From a virus (lineage: Duplodnaviria > Heunggongvirae > Uroviricota > Caudoviricetes): 19,859 bases of DNA. This document shows, in pieces, positions 18,024 through 19,859 of this stretch (the first letter of the stretch is position 1; each line of letters begins with the position of its first letter). The stretch spans positions 1 to 19,859 of the IMG/VR virus record IMGVR_UViG_3300045988_109904; one strand, written 5' to 3'. The position numbers and the translations under genes are program-made. The notes beneath the pieces were generated by a model. That model was not told the DNA's origin. It ran no database searches and saw only the letters and a program-made list of their open reading frames with translations.

Positions 18024-18052
18024 TTCCCCGCAGAAATTAAGGCTACGGGGAA
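18024..18052. terminator. Hairpin between the convergent FRG and RT genes (possible bidirectional terminator)
   Basis: 7-bp stem ttccccg (18024-18030) / cggggaa (18046-18052) with a 15-nt loop, in the 108-bp gap between the two stop codons. The long loop and absence of a clean U-tract make this a weak call. Confidence 0.3.
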
Positions 18053-18104
18053 ATAACATCAGTAAGTATCTTAAGAACAATATAATCACTTACAGGAACC
18101 TGTA

Positions 18105-19082
18105 TTAAAGTGCAGTACTTGCTTTTAATGTAAGCACCTTTGATCTATAACGTTGTTCAATTACCCCCATAGAATGCAATCGTCCAAATAACTTTTTGGC
18201 AGTATGAGTTTCTCTTGCACACGCTGCATCCTTTATCATTTTCCAATATTCAATTTCTTGAGACATTAAAAGATGCTGCTTATTCCTGACTTTTAAAGAA
18301 CCGCCCAAAACAATAACACCTGTTACCAACTTAGGCTTTTCTCTACTATAAATTTTTGTTTTATCCGCATGCATCACATGACCATGCTTATTTATTATTT
18401 TGCGAATCACTGAACAAAATAGTCTATTAACGTTTTGTCCTGAAAAAGTTAGATCATCAACATAAACAGACATATTTACGTGTAGTTTATTACAAAGTTG
18501 GTGTATTTCTCCGAACATTCTTGAATTTGCAAAATATGCAAGAGGCATACTAATCCTGCTACCTGTAGGCAAACGCCCATAGCAAGTACATATATACGAT
18601 AATACATCCGCAACATCAGATGACATCTTCATAACAGAAAAAAAGAATGAAAATATCATTTCTCTAGTAGTTGATGGAAAAAAAGCCCTGATGTCGGTTG
18701 TCATCAACCTTTCATTATTAAGGTGGATTTTAGCATTAGTAACATTAGAACATCCCTTCTTTCCAGAATGTAGATAATCTGGCAAGGTAATTCGCGATAG
18801 CAGACTTGCAATACGAGTATGCACCACATCTAATTTTTCTAATGGTTTTTGTATCTTACGTGGCTTTCCGTTTTTAGATAACTGTTCAAAAATAGAATAA
18901 TTGCCTTCATCTTTTTTTAAGGTTGATAAATCCCCTACATCAACCCCCAATAAAGAAGCCAATTTCCTTTTACTTCTCATTTTATAAAACGGCGAATCAA
19001 TTATATCGTAAGATTTATTTTTAGTGGAAATTTTGAGTTTTATTCGTCTTTTCATTTTTCTTATTCGCCCACTCAATAACAT
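18105..19082 (-). CDS. Reverse transcriptase, retron-type (about 316-325 aa)
   Basis: ATG at 19082 (alternative ATG at 19055), TAA at 18105-18107. It has RT catalytic YVDD (aa 207-210, nt 18464-18453), LPTGSRISMPLA (the QGxxxSP-like motif), and two retron-RT hallmarks: NAxxH (NAKIH, aa 116-120) and VTG (KLVTGVIV, aa 252-259). Size matches retron RTs (Ec86 RT is about 320 aa). Confidence 0.88.
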   Translation of the reverse strand: MLLSGRIRKMKRRIKLKISTKNKSYDIIDSPFYKMRSKRKLASLLGVDVGDLSTLKKDEGNYSIFEQLSKNGKPRKIQKPLEKLDVVHTRIASLLSRITLPDYLHSGKKGCSNVTNAKIHLNNERLMTTDIRAFFPSTTREMIFSFFFSVMKMSSDVADVLSYICTCYGRLPTGSRISMPLAYFANSRMFGEIHQLCNKLHVNMSVYVDDLTFSGQNVNRLFCSVIRKIINKHGHVMHADKTKIYSREKPKLVTGVIVLGGSLKVRNKQHLLMSQEIEYWKMIKDAACARETHTAKKLFGRLHSMGVIEQRYRSKVLTLKASTAL

Positions 19083-19353
19083 CTAATACTTTACCAGCTA
19101 AATTTAAACGGAAACGCTTAGATAAACGCCCCTGCGTACCTAACGATTCTGAAAAAAATACTAAAGAAGATACCGGCATATCGAAATGGGAGGCGTAACG
19201 CTGTAAAACATCAATTGTAGGCGACCAAACCCCACTTTCGAGTTCTACTATTTTTTCTTTTGGAATACCTAAAGATGTTGATAAATCAACCAATGACTCT
19301 TTATGGTATTGCCTTATTAAACGAAGGGCTCTGTGTAACATAGGCAACTCCAT
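19021..19353 (-). CDS. XRE-family helix-turn-helix protein (110 aa) immediately upstream of, and overlapping, the RT gene
   Basis: ATG at 19353 (alternative ATG at 19341 with GGAG 6 nt upstream). HTH_XRE-like segment LRLIRQYHKESLVDLSTSLGIPKEKIVELESGVWSPTIDVLQRYASHF. Its 3' end overlaps the RT 5' end by about 35-60 nt, suggesting co-translation. Confidence 0.75.
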   Translation of the reverse strand: MELPMLHRALRLIRQYHKESLVDLSTSLGIPKEKIVELESGVWSPTIDVLQRYASHFDMPVSSLVFFSESLGTQGRLSKRFRLNLAGKVLDVIEWANKKNEKTNKTQNFH

Positions 19354-19377
19354 GCTATTGAAACTAGGGAGGACGCA

Positions 19378-19533
19378 TTACTCATCACCCCCTTCAAAGT
19401 AGTCCAGTGCTCGAGTGGCTAAATCAAACAGTCTAATACCCCATTTGATTAATTTCCAAACATAACCAGCCCACTTTTTCAGGTTTGACTTGTTCTGCGC
19501 CTGCTGTTCGTTGGTTAATTTATCATTCTTCAT
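19378..19533 (-). CDS. Small ORF (51 aa) with a strong RBS, between the structured RNA region and the HTH gene
   Basis: ATG at 19533-19531 preceded by AAGGAG 7 nt upstream; stop at 19378-19380. Product MKNDKLTNEQQAQNKSNLKKWAGYVWKLIKWGIRLFDLATRALDYFEGGDE has a Trp-rich amphipathic stretch. The track's 130-aa version starts at TTG and reads through the structured region; I prefer the short form. Confidence 0.45.
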   Translation of the reverse strand: MKNDKLTNEQQAQNKSNLKKWAGYVWKLIKWGIRLFDLATRALDYFEGGDE

Positions 19534-19547
19534 GATTTGCTCCTTAT

Positions 19548-19802
19548 GCCCATAGTGTGCAAACGATATGTCTGCTCCAACACTATGGTTCGCCCTCATA
19601 AGGATGAGATTGAACAGCACTAGCCCCCTGCTCCACGAACCCTTGGTCGCCCAAAGGGTTCGAATACCCATACGCCATACCGCCTGATCCTGTGACTCTT
19701 GTCGCTGGCAGGGGCGTTGCGCGGGGTAAATGTTAGAAAGCGTTAACTTTCCACGGGTAAAGTTACCCAATTGATGGCGATGTATCTCACTAACTAACCA
19801 AT
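19548..19802 (-). ncRNA. Candidate structured non-coding RNA (possible retron msr-msd, or a structured operon leader)
   Basis: Dense inverted repeats on a GC-richer patch: an 11-bp stem with one bulge, cgaacccttgg (19636-19646) / ccaaagggttcg (19651-19662); a perfect 9-bp stem ccatagtgt (19550-19558) / acactatgg (19580-19588); and small hairpins around 19596-19612 and 19749-19770. Direct repeats tggagcag and gggcga(a)cca are also present. It lies downstream of an extended -10 promoter. Boundaries are approximate and a1/a2 repeats were not resolved. Confidence 0.35.
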
Positions 19803-19808
19803 GTTTGC

Positions 19809-19837
19809 ATCATAACAAGTAAACCGTTGTATTTGAT
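19809..19837 (-). promoter_or_regulatory. Candidate sigma70 promoter with extended -10 driving the RT-module transcript
   Basis: Minus strand reads TGtTATGAT (TG at 19817-19816, -10 hexamer 19814..19809). The -35 (atcaaa, 17-bp spacer) is weak. The predicted start near 19802 coincides with the beginning of the structured region. Confidence 0.35.
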
Positions 19838-19859
19838 CTCCCTATATATAATATTTTTT

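Noticed and set aside
16632-19082. Idea that the FRG gene and the RT form a single operon
   Set aside because: They are on opposite strands and convergent, with a hairpin between their stop codons, so they cannot be co-transcribed. Functional cooperation is still possible but is not supported by the layout.
19378-19770. 130-aa version of the small ORF extending through the structured region
   Set aside because: Its first codon is TTG with no RBS, and it would read through a region dominated by RNA-type stem-loops. The internal ATG at 19533 has a near-ideal AAGGAG RBS, so the 51-aa form is preferred.

Overview
This window is the late (morphogenesis and lysis) region of a P2-like myovirus prophage of the enterobacterial type. 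The calls rest on reading the translated ORFs against P2 proteins recalled from memory; no search was run. The structural and lysis genes O-N-M-L-X-Y-K-lysA-lysB-lysC-R-S-V-W-J-I-H-G run on the minus strand (13139 down to 1156), and the terminase/portal pair P-Q runs on the plus strand (13313..16119), followed by a terminator and a 19-nt match to the P2 cos site (16289..16307). Both variable cargo loci known in P2-like phages are captured and both carry AT-rich foreign genes. Next to cos (the old/tin position) there is a 454-aa FRG-domain protein, convergent with a retron-type reverse transcriptase module (RT, overlapping HTH gene, 51-aa small ORF, and a structured upstream RNA region). After the tail-fibre assembly gene (the Z/fun position) there is a 197-aa membrane-anchored protein of unknown function. 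These two islands are the candidates for an undescribed anti-phage system; the FRG-domain gene and the unusual retron layout are the most interesting. No rRNA, tRNA, CRISPR array or transposase was seen.
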